64,000 bases of DNA from Nitrospinae bacterium CG11_big_fil_rev_8_21_14_0_20_45_15 (GCA_002787235.1 PCWG01000035.1:31009-95008), one strand, 5' to 3'; numbered from the stretch's first letter, positions 9,837 to 20,795 are shown. Numbers and translations are program-made. The notes: generated by a model not told the origin, from the sequence alone.

Positions 9837-10407
9837 CGTTTTCGTCCCAACATTCCGCAAGAAATCATTCGCTATCTTATTAGCAATACTTCTTTGCGCG
9901 TTTCTTGGATCGATCTCTCATGCTCAAACTTTTCATAAAACAGCACCTGTCGATTATGCAGAGCTTTTTAAAAAGAACTTGAAAAAAGGTGGGCAATATT
10001 TAAATTTGAACGGGCAGAAAATCGGCGACGATGGCATTGCCGCTCTGGTCAAAAATCCTCTCATTCAAAATCTTGTTAAAATAGACTTGCGCTACAACGG
10101 CATCTCCACCGAGGGTGCCCGTATGCTTGCGCAAGCATCCTTTCCAAAACTGAAAGAACTGATTCTCAGACACAATATTTTAGGTGATGAGGGTGCAGAA
10201 GCGATCGCACTGTCAGAAGGCTTTCCAAAGCTTGAAGCCTTGCAATTGGGTTGGGCGGAAGTGCGCGACCGGGGGGCACTTGCATTTATAGACCGCAAAA
10301 TCACTGCGCTGGAGAAGCTGGATTTGCGTGGAAACTTTCTCGCAGACAGCACGAAGGACACTCTCAATAAAAAACTTTCCCACTTGAAGTCTTTAAAACT
10401 CTACTGA
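9829..10407 (+). CDS. Exported leucine-rich repeat protein
   Basis: Signal peptide (SHA-Q), same LRR consensus; overlaps upstream gene by 8 nt. Confidence 0.8.
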   Translation: MPDVFVPTFRKKSFAILLAILLCAFLGSISHAQTFHKTAPVDYAELFKKNLKKGGQYLNLNGQKIGDDGIAALVKNPLIQNLVKIDLRYNGISTEGARMLAQASFPKLKELILRHNILGDEGAEAIALSEGFPKLEALQLGWAEVRDRGALAFIDRKITALEKLDLRGNFLADSTKDTLNKKLSHLKSLKLY

Positions 10408-10497
10408 GCATAATAGGAGCTTCGGATAAACCAAAGTTAAAACCACTGGTTGAATCCAAACGTCCTGTATAGCATCCCGCATAAAAATAAAATTCAT

Positions 10498-11487
10498 TCA
10501 GGAATCGATTTTATTTTTTGAGTTCAATGTGCTCTGGATATTGTTGAATACTGAAAGTGCCTGAGCTACCATCGACCCGGCATCACCCGTATTTGCAGGA
10601 AGCAAGATGGTGTTTGTTTCCTTTGCCAATTTTGAAAATGCCGAAATGTACTGTTCGGCCAATCTCAACGCGACCGCCTTTTCACCCCCTGTTTTTTGAA
10701 CAGACGCAGCAACCATTTCAATACCATCAGCAGTCGCACGGGCAACAGTTAGAATAGCCTCGGCTTCTCCTTTTGCCCTGTTTATTTGATCCGTCATAGC
10801 CGCTTCTGATTTTAAAACCACTTCTTGTTTGTAACCTTCTGCAATATTGATCTGCGATTGTCTTTGCCCCTCTGACTTCAATACCTCGGCCCTTTTTTGC
10901 CTTTCCGCCGCAACTTGAAGCTCCATTGCCTGTCGAACATTGTCAGGGGGTGTTATGTCTTTGATCTCATAGCGCAAGCACTGAATGCCCCATGCAACAG
11001 AAGCTTCATTAATACTCTGAACAATATTGACATTTAGCATATCCCGTTCCAGAAAGGTTCTATCGAGAGTGATTTTTCCTAATTCTGACCTCATGGTGGT
11101 TTGTGCCATTTGGGAAATAGCGTACCGGGCATCAGCCACACCATAGGAAGCCTGTTTGGGATCGGTAATTTTAAAGTATAGAATGCCGTCAATAATCAAG
11201 GTGACATTATCATTCGTGATGGCACTTTGGCTGGGAATATCTACCGCTGTTTCCTTAAGAGAATGCTTATAAGCGACACTGTCGAGATAAGGAATGATAA
11301 AATTCAGACCAGGAATCAAAACTTCGTTAAACTTACCCAATCTCTCAATGACCCATGCCTGCTGTTGAGGGACAAGCCTGACCCCTTTTGTAACCGTTAG
11401 GAAGATAAAAAATGCAACAACAAGATAGAAGGTAGATATCGAATCCATATCTTTAATGGCCTCAAGTAGAAAGTATATAATGTCCAT
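10498..11487 (-). CDS. SPFH/stomatin-like membrane protein (QmcA/paraslipin type)
   Basis: VIERLGKF...PGLNFIIP, QSAITNDNV, AQTTMRSELG, AERQKRA..SEG; alternative start ATG 11448. Confidence 0.92.
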   Translation of the reverse strand: MDIIYFLLEAIKDMDSISTFYLVVAFFIFLTVTKGVRLVPQQQAWVIERLGKFNEVLIPGLNFIIPYLDSVAYKHSLKETAVDIPSQSAITNDNVTLIIDGILYFKITDPKQASYGVADARYAISQMAQTTMRSELGKITLDRTFLERDMLNVNIVQSINEASVAWGIQCLRYEIKDITPPDNVRQAMELQVAAERQKRAEVLKSEGQRQSQINIAEGYKQEVVLKSEAAMTDQINRAKGEAEAILTVARATADGIEMVAASVQKTGGEKAVALRLAEQYISAFSKLAKETNTILLPANTGDAGSMVAQALSVFNNIQSTLNSKNKIDS

Positions 11488-11960
11488 TATTTTTGAGATT
11501 TTTCTTCCACAATCAAAATTCCCTTGCAGACTTCCCTTATAACGACCTCTTCTCCAACTTCAATAATTAGATTATCATCGCCCTCTGAGTGAAGTTCACA
11601 CTTCATTATTGCTCCCGACCATTTCACTTCGCCGGATTTCCCCTTTTTCAAGGCAACTCCATAAACAATCGCGGTACTACCCACAATATCGTCAAACCCG
11701 GAATCTTTCACTTCAATAAATTTCTTTAAAGGCTTCCACAAACAAATGGCCCATGCACCGGTTGAAAGGAAGAACAATATAAACTGAGAGCTTGCAGTGT
11801 CAATCCATCCCGTTAACAAAACCCCTCCAACTGTGACGGCACCCAGGCCCGCAAACACCAAACCAATCCCTGGAATAAAAAAAACTTCAAAAATAATGAG
11901 GAAAACACCAAAGGCTAGCCAGATTGAGCTTATTGGAAAATCGAAAGTCAAAGGATTCAT
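11487..11960 (-). CDS. Short NfeD-family protein (YbbJ-like)
   Basis: N-terminal TM helices (W...G..L..E..IPG), C-terminal OB fold (GEVKWSG); TAATG overlap with SPFH gene. Confidence 0.85.
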   Translation of the reverse strand: MNPLTFDFPISSIWLAFGVFLIIFEVFFIPGIGLVFAGLGAVTVGGVLLTGWIDTASSQFILFFLSTGAWAICLWKPLKKFIEVKDSGFDDIVGSTAIVYGVALKKGKSGEVKWSGAIMKCELHSEGDDNLIIEVGEEVVIREVCKGILIVEEKSQK

Positions 11961-12173
11961 CCTCTATAAAATTAGCTGAACTGAAAATGATTGCATGACG
12001 CTGAATCAAAACATCCCAATATTAAAGTAACATAAATTACAATCTATTAGTCACTCCAATTTAGACTTACCTGATTTGTTAACGTAAATTAAACAGCCTT
12101 TAATAATTAAATATTCCAAGAGTTCATTCAAATGCATGCTCTGTTAGTCCTCGCCTCCACTGCACGACAAGTC

Positions 12174-13739
12174 CTAATTTTTTGAAATGTTTTCGAATTC
12201 CTCAATGCGTTCCATAAGTCGATGCATCTTTTTGTCCAGGGTCGTAATATGGCGACCGATCTCGTCGATCTCTTTTCTTTCCTTGGATAAATAAACCGTC
12301 CGGCATTTTTCCAAATGTTGCCCGATATGTTCGATCATATCGTGCACCTCTGTGCTTTCAAGCGACAGGTCCTCTGCCGTTTCCTGAAGCTCGATCATCG
12401 TTTCTTCAACCTCTTCCTGATTGGATAAGAGTAATTTCTTTTTACGCCCTCGGTTTCTTTGATAAAGAATCCAAAATCCTGAAAAAACAAGACCCAGTAA
12501 ACCCAGAGTGGCAAGATCAACCAACAATACAAAATAGGAACCAAAAAAACGTCCGGTATGAATTTCTGTGATCAGTTTGACCAAATCCATTTTGCGATCT
12601 TCTGACGCAAGTTTTTCACTGTTAGTTTCCAGCTCAGGCACACGCCAGGTTTTACCTTCATCAGAAGAAACGATCAATCCCTGGTCACTTGCCAACAATA
12701 AAACCGAATGGTTTACCTCCCCAAGATAAAGCAAATCCCCGATTTTAATCGGAGCATTTAACTCATCTTTGACATCGCTCAAAGAGATCTCTTTCCATTC
12801 ATCACCCCCATTTTTCGTTTGAAAAATCTGATCTATTGAAGCTACGATCAAATGAGAAATATTTTTTTCAGACGATTGTATGAGATGAACCGACTCAATA
12901 TCGTTGTTTCGATCACGAACCCATGATCTGCCACCATTGAAAGATTTATATAATCCTTCTTGAGTCCCCGCATAAAAAAATTCGGGTTCTGCGGAAAGTG
13001 AAATCAAAGAATGTGGAATGGGCAACCGATCTTCCCAGACATTTTCCCAATCCGATTCTTCATTTTTTCTATAAACCCCCTGATTTGTCAGTAAATATAC
13101 GGTATCCAGATCGACTGAGGAAAATACAACTTGATGAATGGTTGGTGGAGAATCGGAATTTTTTCCTGCAAAAGAGAGTTTCCAGCTTTCACCCCCATCG
13201 TCGCTTGAATAAAGCCCCCCATTGGTCACTGCGTAGACAATGTCAGGGTCCTTTTGGTGAACTGCCAGGTGACTTACAACGGGATGAGCCAGGCCGCTCG
13301 CGACATCGAACCAGTCACTCCAATGCTCGCCGCCATCTTCCGATTTGAAAATTCCCTGCGGAGAACCCGCATAAACAATGTCCGGCATTTGAGGAGACAA
13401 AGCAAGGGCGCGGATGTCTTGAGAGAACAAACCTTCTTTAAGATGCGTCCATGTTTTGCCCCGATCGACCGATCGAAACAAACCGTGACGGGCACCCACG
13501 AATAATTTTGTTCCCTCTGGCGTTCCCGCAAGTGCTTGAACTTGTCTTTTACCAGATTCAATTTGAAAATATTTATCAGGAAGAAATGCGCCATCCACCT
13601 CTTTGTGATTGAGACCCAGCTCATCGTAATGCATGAGCAATACACCTGTAACAGATAAAATCACCAGGAAGAAAGCACAAACCACACCCACCCAACGGTG
13701 TAAAAACCGTGAATTTTTAAACAAGGAGCGCACGTTCAA
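12174..13739 (-). CDS. PepSY-associated TM protein with periplasmic BNR/Asp-box beta-propeller and His-rich cytoplasmic tail
   Basis: LHRWVG...SVTG N-terminal helix and [10 protein letters not shown]-terminal helix; repeated S.D.G..W boxes ([39 protein letters not shown]). Confidence 0.78.
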   Translation of the reverse strand: MNVRSLFKNSRFLHRWVGVVCAFFLVILSVTGVLLMHYDELGLNHKEVDGAFLPDKYFQIESGKRQVQALAGTPEGTKLFVGARHGLFRSVDRGKTWTHLKEGLFSQDIRALALSPQMPDIVYAGSPQGIFKSEDGGEHWSDWFDVASGLAHPVVSHLAVHQKDPDIVYAVTNGGLYSSDDGGESWKLSFAGKNSDSPPTIHQVVFSSVDLDTVYLLTNQGVYRKNEESDWENVWEDRLPIPHSLISLSAEPEFFYAGTQEGLYKSFNGGRSWVRDRNNDIESVHLIQSSEKNISHLIVASIDQIFQTKNGGDEWKEISLSDVKDELNAPIKIGDLLYLGEVNHSVLLLASDQGLIVSSDEGKTWRVPELETNSEKLASEDRKMDLVKLITEIHTGRFFGSYFVLLVDLATLGLLGLVFSGFWILYQRNRGRKKKLLLSNQEEVEETMIELQETAEDLSLESTEVHDMIEHIGQHLEKCRTVYLSKERKEIDEIGRHITTLDKKMHRLMERIEEFENISKN

Positions 13740-15859
13740 ACCAATCCCTTATTTCCTTCCGTCGATACATTCAGCCGAGTCAAGCGTTCGAACTCGCTGG
13801 ACAATTGGTCTTCAACGGAGTGGACGTGGTTATACAGCTCATGAACTTTCTCATCGATCTCCTTCAAATGCTCTGATAATTCTTTGAGATCCTGATCTTT
13901 GGTGTCCTTTAAAAACACTTCACATCGTTTCGCGTGTTGCGAAATATGAGCGACCAGATCGTGAACGATAGCGATGTCTTGTTGAATCTTCCCAGCTTCT
14001 GCATGCAATTGTTTGTTTTCCACTTCGGGCTTGAACACAAAGGTATAAAGAAGTGCGAGGATATAAGCCAGAGCCAGAACCATTTGACCTGAGAAAGTCT
14101 CCCATGAAGGGTACATACCCAACCAGGAAATCTCTGGAGCAAAATCAGCCGCCGTCAAAGACAACTGCTCACCCATTTGCAACTCATGCAATCCTTTTCC
14201 CATGAACACGAAAGCCATGAAATACAGAAAAACACTGGTCACCGCAAAGAACCATTTGATAGGAATTTTCATACCGGCTTTGGAGATCAGGTAGTAAATA
14301 CCTGCAAGAATTAAACTTCCCACAAGAAATCCTGGAATGATTCCAGCCGTCCCCGGTCCCGCATACAAATAAAGAGCTTTGTAAAAAAGAACAGTCTCAA
14401 ATCCTTCTCGGTAGACTGATAAAAAGGCCACCATGCCCAGCGTGAGCAGACTTCCCTCTGACACCGCTTGTCGCATTTTCCCAGAAATATAACTTTGCCA
14501 TTTCGCCGCTTCTATTTTTGTCACCAGCCAATAACTGACCCAAAACAAGGCGACAACCGCGACAAGCATGATCCAGCCTTCCAGCAATTCCTGGCTGACT
14601 CGACTGATTTTAAGCACTTCGTGAAGAACATAAGCAGTGATAAAACTCGCCACAATACCAATGCCGGCCCCATAATAAATTGATTTTACCTTATCTTCAT
14701 TGCGGGATTTTGTTAGAAAAGTTATCAGTGCCGCGATGATAAGAATCGCCTCAAAACCTTCACGCACGATGATGGATAACGATTGCAGGAAAAGCCCGAC
14801 AAACCCAATATTCTCTACCAGAACGTCGCTCGCCTGAGTCAAATCCTCATGTATATTCTTATGAATGCCTTCGACCAGATCCTGCGGGGCCTTGCGTTTG
14901 ATTTCCGCACGATATCGGCTGAAAGAGGATTCCAGTCGCAGACCGAGTTCCTTGCGTTTGTTGACCAGCCCACCCTCAATCGATTCGTAGACCATGTAAG
15001 CGTCGAATGCCATCTCCGACGCCGTATCTGCATCACCTTCCTTGAATAGTTGCAAACTTTGATCTAGCAGAGTGCGTGTCTCAGCAATTGTGTCCAATGC
15101 GTTTTTATCGCCAGAAGACGCTTCCGCCACTTTCGCAACGTCAGGCAAAGGAAGCTGAACATCTGCATTAGAAAATGAACGAATGTAATAAGTCACATCC
15201 CATATTTCCGCTTCCGTCAAGAACTCCGCCCAGGCAACCATTGCGGTATTCGCAATGCCAACGTTGATGACCTGGAAATTATCGTAAGGTCGCGTATCCG
15301 CATTGCCCGTAAACTTGGGATCGGACAAATCGGTGGGAGGCGGTGTGAGAGTAGCCGCAAGTGGACCGTTGCCCTTGCCTTCGAGACCATGACACAATAC
15401 ACATCGGCTTTGATAAATCAGCTTGCCATTGTCCAAATTGACCGCTTGAGCCGGGGTAAATTTGATCTCAACTTGAAACTGTTTCTGAAGATTTTCGTTG
15501 ATCGCGTTGATTTCCGCCCGAACTTTTCCAGGATCTATTTTCGTTCGACTGCTTTCCTCCAACGCATCAAACGCCGCTATCAACGCCGACGATTCAGCTC
15601 CCGGATGTTTCGCAGCCAGCGATTTGAAACGAGTCGAGGCCTGTCCTAAAAAAATAAGACTTTCCTCATATTCCGCTGAATTTATAATTTTGCCGTCCGC
15701 AATACCCTCGTGATATTCCTTGGCCGCGATATTCAACATCATGACTATTTTTTTAACCTTCATTTCCACCTCTGCCGTCGAAGCAGAAGACAAAACAGGG
15801 TGACCGAGCGAAAGGAAGATTAAAAATAATAAGGATAAAGCAGACTTCAATGAATTCAT
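13736..15859 (-). CDS. Cytochrome c-FTR1 family iron permease (EfeU/PbrT-like) with His-rich C-terminal tail
   Basis: Signal peptide; CVLCH heme c motif; two REGFE motifs ([15 protein letters not shown]); GLHELQ. Confidence 0.9.
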   Translation of the reverse strand: MNSLKSALSLLFLIFLSLGHPVLSSASTAEVEMKVKKIVMMLNIAAKEYHEGIADGKIINSAEYEESLIFLGQASTRFKSLAAKHPGAESSALIAAFDALEESSRTKIDPGKVRAEINAINENLQKQFQVEIKFTPAQAVNLDNGKLIYQSRCVLCHGLEGKGNGPLAATLTPPPTDLSDPKFTGNADTRPYDNFQVINVGIANTAMVAWAEFLTEAEIWDVTYYIRSFSNADVQLPLPDVAKVAEASSGDKNALDTIAETRTLLDQSLQLFKEGDADTASEMAFDAYMVYESIEGGLVNKRKELGLRLESSFSRYRAEIKRKAPQDLVEGIHKNIHEDLTQASDVLVENIGFVGLFLQSLSIIVREGFEAILIIAALITFLTKSRNEDKVKSIYYGAGIGIVASFITAYVLHEVLKISRVSQELLEGWIMLVAVVALFWVSYWLVTKIEAAKWQSYISGKMRQAVSEGSLLTLGMVAFLSVYREGFETVLFYKALYLYAGPGTAGIIPGFLVGSLILAGIYYLISKAGMKIPIKWFFAVTSVFLYFMAFVFMGKGLHELQMGEQLSLTAADFAPEISWLGMYPSWETFSGQMVLALAYILALLYTFVFKPEVENKQLHAEAGKIQQDIAIVHDLVAHISQHAKRCEVFLKDTKDQDLKELSEHLKEIDEKVHELYNHVHSVEDQLSSEFERLTRLNVSTEGNKGLV

Positions 15860-15927
15860 AAGTTTAGGTTTCCTGAAAGCTTGAAAAAGTGTCGTAAAAT
15901 GTGCTGGCTACACATTATAAATAAAAA

Positions 15928-15942
15928 TGATAATTATTATCA
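15928..15942. promoter_or_regulatory. Fur box
   Basis: TGATAAT-T-ATTATCA, a perfect 7-1-7 Fur palindrome about 70 nt upstream of the FTR1 start. Confidence 0.85.
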
Positions 15943-16138
15943 ATAAAAATTAAAGCAACAAATGGCGTTTTTACTCACTTACTATAAAGGATTCAAAAAT
16001 TATTGCCCCCTGAGTGCCCTTTTACTTTCCATAAATTGAGTGGGCCTCAAAATTTTTCTTTATTCTAAAAATCCACTATTTGCAACAAATCTCAGGCAGT
16101 CCGACAATCACCAAGCGTTCAAAAATCAACCTGCAGAT

Positions 16139-16999
16139 TCATCGTATCCTTGAAAAAAGAGGAGAGTTTTTATTCGCAAATAGATAATTTCTTCTCCTTA
16201 AAGGGAAACTTAGCCCCTTCAATGGACTCAAAGAGTCCTTTTTAAATTCATAAACGCTATACCCTTTCGCCGCAAAAAACTCATCTACACCTCTCACCAT
16301 ACTTTCACTAGAGTCCTTAAGTTCAATCATAATCAGTGGAAGATGCTTTTGAATCAGTGCCTCTCCCCCTTTAATAACATCAAATTGCAAACCCTCCACA
16401 TCAATTTTCATAAATACGGGGGGGGGCAGGATTTCCAGGAAATTATCCATCTTATCCGTTTCAATTTTCTCGACTTTATCGTATCCATCAATTTTTAATA
16501 GCGACGCCGTCCCTTGCCCAATTTCCATATTTTGAAAATATAATTCGGCAATCCCTTTCTTTTCTCCCAATCCCTTTTGCACCAATTCAACGTTATCAAA
16601 GTGGTTTAATTCTATATTTTCACGCAAAAATTTCATCGTAAAAGAACTCGGCTCAAAAGAGACGACTTTTCCAAGCGGCCCGACTGATTGGGCAAAAAAA
16701 CATGTGTAGAATCCGATATTTCCTCCAATGTCCCAGCAAACGTCTCCCGGTCTCAGAAGCCTTGAAATGTTATTTATCTCGTAGCGTTCATCATGACTTC
16801 CGTAAAAATAATAGTGTTGATGCTCGGGATTTTTAAGACAAACTTTTAGTTTGAATTTATGCTTTGTTGTGAAGGTAACAAAGGAATCATCCGGCAAGAC
16901 CATTCGTCTTGTCAAATTCAACAAACCCGCCTTTCCATCAGTGATTGGGGAGTACTGCAAATAAAATCTAACGATCCCGTTCAATATTTTTTTTAACAT
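16139..16999 (-). CDS. FkbM-family SAM-dependent methyltransferase
   Basis: DIGGNIG, SFEP, MKIDVEG motifs. Confidence 0.88.
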   Translation of the reverse strand: MLKKILNGIVRFYLQYSPITDGKAGLLNLTRRMVLPDDSFVTFTTKHKFKLKVCLKNPEHQHYYFYGSHDERYEINNISRLLRPGDVCWDIGGNIGFYTCFFAQSVGPLGKVVSFEPSSFTMKFLRENIELNHFDNVELVQKGLGEKKGIAELYFQNMEIGQGTASLLKIDGYDKVEKIETDKMDNFLEILPPPVFMKIDVEGLQFDVIKGGEALIQKHLPLIMIELKDSSESMVRGVDEFFAAKGYSVYEFKKDSLSPLKGLSFPLRRRNYLFANKNSPLFSRIR

Positions 17000-17145
17000 T
17001 ATAGAAAGCCATCCTTGATTTGATTTAAAAAGCGATCAGGCCGAAGTCGTTCAATATTATCAGGATCGCGTTTCGGCAATCGCCCTTTTAAATTCGCATA
17101 ACGACGTCGTGCGACTCATGTCAGGTTTGGAAAAATTTGAGACCG

Positions 17146-17850
17146 TTAGGGGCTGAACATATAGCCTTTTTCTCGGATGGTAAGAATACGGCGTGGTTTT
17201 TGTGGGTTTTTTTCGAAATACTTTCTCAATTTGGCAATGAAATTGTCCACCGTCCGTGTCTCGGTTTTGGGATCATAGCCCCACACACGTTCGAGCAATT
17301 CCTCCCGAGCCACAACCTCCCCTTTATTGGAAACCAATAGTTTCATGACCATTGTTTCCTTGGCCGTCAGAAAAAATTCGCCATCTTTCCCACGCGCCCG
17401 CCCTGCCCCGAAATTGATCCACATATCGTCGAAATGGAAAATTTCCTGGTCGTGCACCGGCTCCTTGTACCATTCCAAACGACGAAGGATGCCCTTGACA
17501 CGCAACAAAAGTTCAGGAAGATGGAAGGGTTTTGTCATATAGTCATCCGCCCCTGCTTCCAGACCCTGCTCGCGATCTTCATCGGTAGACTTGGCGGACA
17601 ACATCAGAATAGGAAATCGTATGTTCGTTTTGCGAATGCGTTTGGCAACTTCCATGCCACCAACTTTTGGAAGCATGAGGTCTAGAATCACCAGATCAAA
17701 ATCTTCTTTGGCCAGAAGATCCAAAGCTTCCTGACCATCTCCTGCAAGAGCGGTCACATAACCTTCCTGCTCAAGATTGAATTTAAGGCCTCGCGCCAAA
17801 TGCGTTTCGTCTTCGACCAAAAGAATGCGCTTTCCCTGAGTTGTGTTCAA
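17146..17850 (-). CDS. OmpR/PhoB-family response regulator
   Basis: ILLVEDE, LDLMLP, GADDYMTKPF, RTVDNFI.KLRK; TTG start at 17850 behind AAGGAG (ORF track extends to 17916). Confidence 0.9.
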   Translation of the reverse strand: MNTTQGKRILLVEDETHLARGLKFNLEQEGYVTALAGDGQEALDLLAKEDFDLVILDLMLPKVGGMEVAKRIRKTNIRFPILMLSAKSTDEDREQGLEAGADDYMTKPFHLPELLLRVKGILRRLEWYKEPVHDQEIFHFDDMWINFGAGRARGKDGEFFLTAKETMVMKLLVSNKGEVVAREELLERVWGYDPKTETRTVDNFIAKLRKYFEKNPQKPRRILTIREKGYMFSP

Positions 17851-18305
17851 AATCGGATCACTCCTTCGACTCCGGGGCAACCGCCCCGCCAACTGCTGAT
17901 TAAAAAATGTTTCCAAAATTTCGAGGTATCAAACTAAAATCCTCCCAGCACACTCACACTCAATGGCCGATAACACCTGACCCTCAGGCAAAATCAAGCC
18001 TCTAGCGCGATCGGTAAACAGTTTATTGCTACCTATCAATCGATCTATGATCTCAAATGATTTTATAAAATCACCTAAGATTCTACTCCCATTAAAACTT
18101 TTTCCCAAATGTCTTTTAAGCTTGATCTGCACAGACTTAAGGATATTCCAAAAGGGTTGAAATAACGCCGATCCGGAAAAACCAAGCACCGTTTTTTAAT
18201 GGCAGGAAAGAATACCCTATCTGACAAGTAAGAGGCAGGCGAATGCTGGACTGGATCAAGATGGTTGATATTGCTCGAATTGTTTTATTAAAAGGTTACA
18301 ACTTA

Positions 18306-19307
18306 TTACTGCGTCTCCAGCCATTCTGTGACGACAAAAAAAACAGCAGCCAAACTTTCTTCAGAGCATTTGTCCAGAGTATCGCTGAGCTTATGCCAGT
18401 CGGGGTAATCCATATCGATCAAAACGGCAGAAGGAATACCTATTTTTAAGAAGGGATAATGATCGTCATAAATCGAATATTTGCTCCTATCTTTGAATTG
18501 CGATATGTCGTTGCGTTTGGCAATGGAAAAAAGGGATTCCACCATGTCCGGAGCGGATTTAAGAGAATAGTTTTCCTTGAAAATTTCCAGATGGCTATCC
18601 GCAAGCATGTCCAAAATCAGGACACCACGGGGAGTCCCTTCTCCGCCTCGGCCCTGAATTGTGGTAGCCATGTGAATGGAGCCCAGCAACATCTGCCCCG
18701 ATTTTAGCATTCCATAATCTTCACCGTCAAAAAACACAAGATGAACCGGCTGTCGGGGAGGGTGCGATTTCAACCACTCGGCCAATCCCAACAATAAAGC
18801 CGTTCCCGATCCCCCATCATTGGCTCCTAAAATGGGTTGCTTTGCCCTATCGGGATTGCTTTCCTCATCCGCAAAAGGCCGGGTGTCGTAATGCGCGCCG
18901 ATCAACAAAGGTTTTCCCCCCGGCTCTGAACCATTGAATTTTAAAATCAGATTTTGGAATTTGCCTTCGTTTCCACGGAGCGATTCAATGGGATAAAATG
19001 ACTGGGATTCCACTTCATCGGCATACTTCAATCCGGTATCCTGAATCAGCTGGATGGTTTTTTTGTAACCCTCACTGCCCAAATACCGGGGGCCAAAATC
19101 GCATAAGACTTTCAGGTAATCCCAAACAATTCGGGAATACGGTCGGAACTCTGGTTGGCTGAAATCATTGGCCAACCCCAGACGGGGGGAACTCCAACTG
19201 ATGCAGATAAATAGAAGTATTATCAGGGAAGTAAAATGAAGCGGTATCTGCTTCAAAAGGAGGGATAAATCAAACGGTGGGCAACGATGTCCCCGGATGA
19301 TCATCAA
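18306..19307 (-). CDS. M28-family peptidase / glutaminyl cyclase-like protein
   Basis: [29 protein letters not shown]; start uncertain. Confidence 0.85.
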   Translation of the reverse strand: MMIIRGHRCPPFDLSLLLKQIPLHFTSLIILLFICISWSSPRLGLANDFSQPEFRPYSRIVWDYLKVLCDFGPRYLGSEGYKKTIQLIQDTGLKYADEVESQSFYPIESLRGNEGKFQNLILKFNGSEPGGKPLLIGAHYDTRPFADEESNPDRAKQPILGANDGGSGTALLLGLAEWLKSHPPRQPVHLVFFDGEDYGMLKSGQMLLGSIHMATTIQGRGGEGTPRGVLILDMLADSHLEIFKENYSLKSAPDMVESLFSIAKRNDISQFKDRSKYSIYDDHYPFLKIGIPSAVLIDMDYPDWHKLSDTLDKCSEESLAAVFFVVTEWLETQ

Positions 19308-19717
19308 TATTTATTCTTATTTTCGATAAACTGAAAATAATCATTAAGAATTTTTGCGTGATCAAAAACCAGAGGATCGGGCAAAGTGTCCCGAGTGAAA
19401 ATACCGATTTCCTTTGCATCTGTTCCGGGATTGGGTGCACCTTTAGCTCTCCCAATAAATACCGTAGAGATATTATGCTGGCGGAAATCCCGATGCGGGT
19501 CAGAATAAGTTCTCAACTGGCCCACAAGCTCCACATCCAACGCGGTCTCCTGTTTCGCCTCACGCACTGCGGCGGTCTCCAGAGATTCGCCGTAATCGAC
19601 ATACCCTCCGGGTATAGCCCATCCGTGGGGCTCATTGAATCTTTTAATGAGAATAATTCCCTTGTCCTCAAATTCAATGATAACGTCAACTGTTGGAATC
19701 GGGTTTTTATATTTCAC
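19304..19717 (-). CDS. NUDIX hydrolase
   Basis: [25 protein letters not shown] Nudix box (E to Q variant); YSDP.RD.R.H. Confidence 0.9.
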   Translation of the reverse strand: MKYKNPIPTVDVIIEFEDKGIILIKRFNEPHGWAIPGGYVDYGESLETAAVREAKQETALDVELVGQLRTYSDPHRDFRQHNISTVFIGRAKGAPNPGTDAKEIGIFTRDTLPDPLVFDHAKILNDYFQFIENKNKY

Positions 19718-19834
19718 GACTTTTTATCCTGCTCCAGTTTCGAAAGATTTAAATCATACCCCTATGATATTCAAAATTTTTGTAAAATCAATCTCTTTGA
19801 GCCATAATAGATTAATTTTTCGCATTCAGAATTC

Positions 19835-19863
19835 TTGACACACCCCTGTTTTCGCAGTATCTT
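19835..19863 (+). promoter_or_regulatory. Sigma-70-type promoter upstream of flgM
   Basis: TTGACA-N17-TATCTT. Confidence 0.6.
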
Positions 19864-19903
19864 GAATCTTGTGAACTATAGGAATTTTTTTTAGCTTAGA
19901 GAC

Positions 19904-19930
19904 TAAAGTTTGACCGGTCCCTTCCGATAA
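19904..19930 (+). promoter_or_regulatory. Sigma-28 (FliA) promoter of flgM
   Basis: TAAAGTTT-N11-TCCGATAA versus consensus TAAAGTTT-N11-GCCGATAA. Confidence 0.8.
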
Positions 19931-20018
19931 AGAGGTAAATCTAATAGGTGAAAAGAAACTCACCTGTTCGGAAAAATTAAAATACTAAAAACTTTCCTTA
20001 TATTTAGCAGGTAGCGAA

Positions 20019-20327
20019 ATGGAAATCCCAGGAAACGACTTCAGAATAAAAAGCAAGGCCATTCAGGATCGGGCTCGAGTAGATTCGAAAGCCCCGGCAA
20101 CGAAGGCTGATTCGACTTCCCCAACCGTCTCAACCTCCAGCACCGTGAATGTTTCGTCCTTTGCTAAAGATGTTCAAAAAGCACACTCAGCTGTCAATTC
20201 AGCTTCAGACATTCGTGTCGATAAAGTTGAGAAGATAAAACAACAAATAGCGAATGGCACCTATCACGTTGACAGTCAGGATTTGGCAGAATCGGTTTTG
20301 CGAGACATCATTGGCGAAGCAGGTTAA
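20019..20327 (+). CDS. flgM: Anti-sigma-28 factor FlgM
   Basis: V.VSS..., DIRVDKVEKIKQQIANGTYHVDSQDLAE C-terminal signature. Confidence 0.9.
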   Translation: MEIPGNDFRIKSKAIQDRARVDSKAPATKADSTSPTVSTSSTVNVSSFAKDVQKAHSAVNSASDIRVDKVEKIKQQIANGTYHVDSQDLAESVLRDIIGEAG

Positions 20328-20377
20328 ACCATCGTCATTGAGTGAGTGCTTCCTCAATCGTTCGCTTTATTTGTTCG

Positions 20378-20413
20378 TGAGTTGCTAGTTAGCCCCAATT
20401 AATTAGCAACTCA
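20378..20413 (+). terminator. Stem-loop downstream of flgM
   Basis: TGAGTTGCTAGTTA ... TAATTAGCAACTCA inverted repeat; weak U-tract. Confidence 0.4.
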
Positions 20414-20795
20414 ATTCGTTACTTGATATTGTTGGCAGTCTGGCTACTTTCAAAATCCCCTCCTTAGTTATTTCTTCCATAAAAAAAACAGCTTTCCAAA
20501 TCTGTCCTAATTCTGTAATAAAATTCTACTCCGCAGAAAGAATCAGGTAAAACTGAGCCTTTCTCGGGCAAGAATCGCTTGGAATCGAAAACAAAAAAGA
20601 ATTTTTATATAAAATGGAAGCTATATGAACTATCTTTAAAATTCATAGAAGTATTTTATATAGTAGATATCTTCAGCATTCTCAGCTTTAATCTCTCATC
20701 CCAACAAACTTTGAGAAACAAAATGCGACTTTACTTACGGTGTGCGCGATTTTCAGTGGACAATTGCCGGGGGATTTTTTTAACTAAAGCCTGTT

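Noticed and set aside
17929-18189. 86-aa minus-strand ORF in the gap between the regulator and the M28 gene
   Set aside because: GTG start, no clear RBS, no motif; could be real but is unsupported
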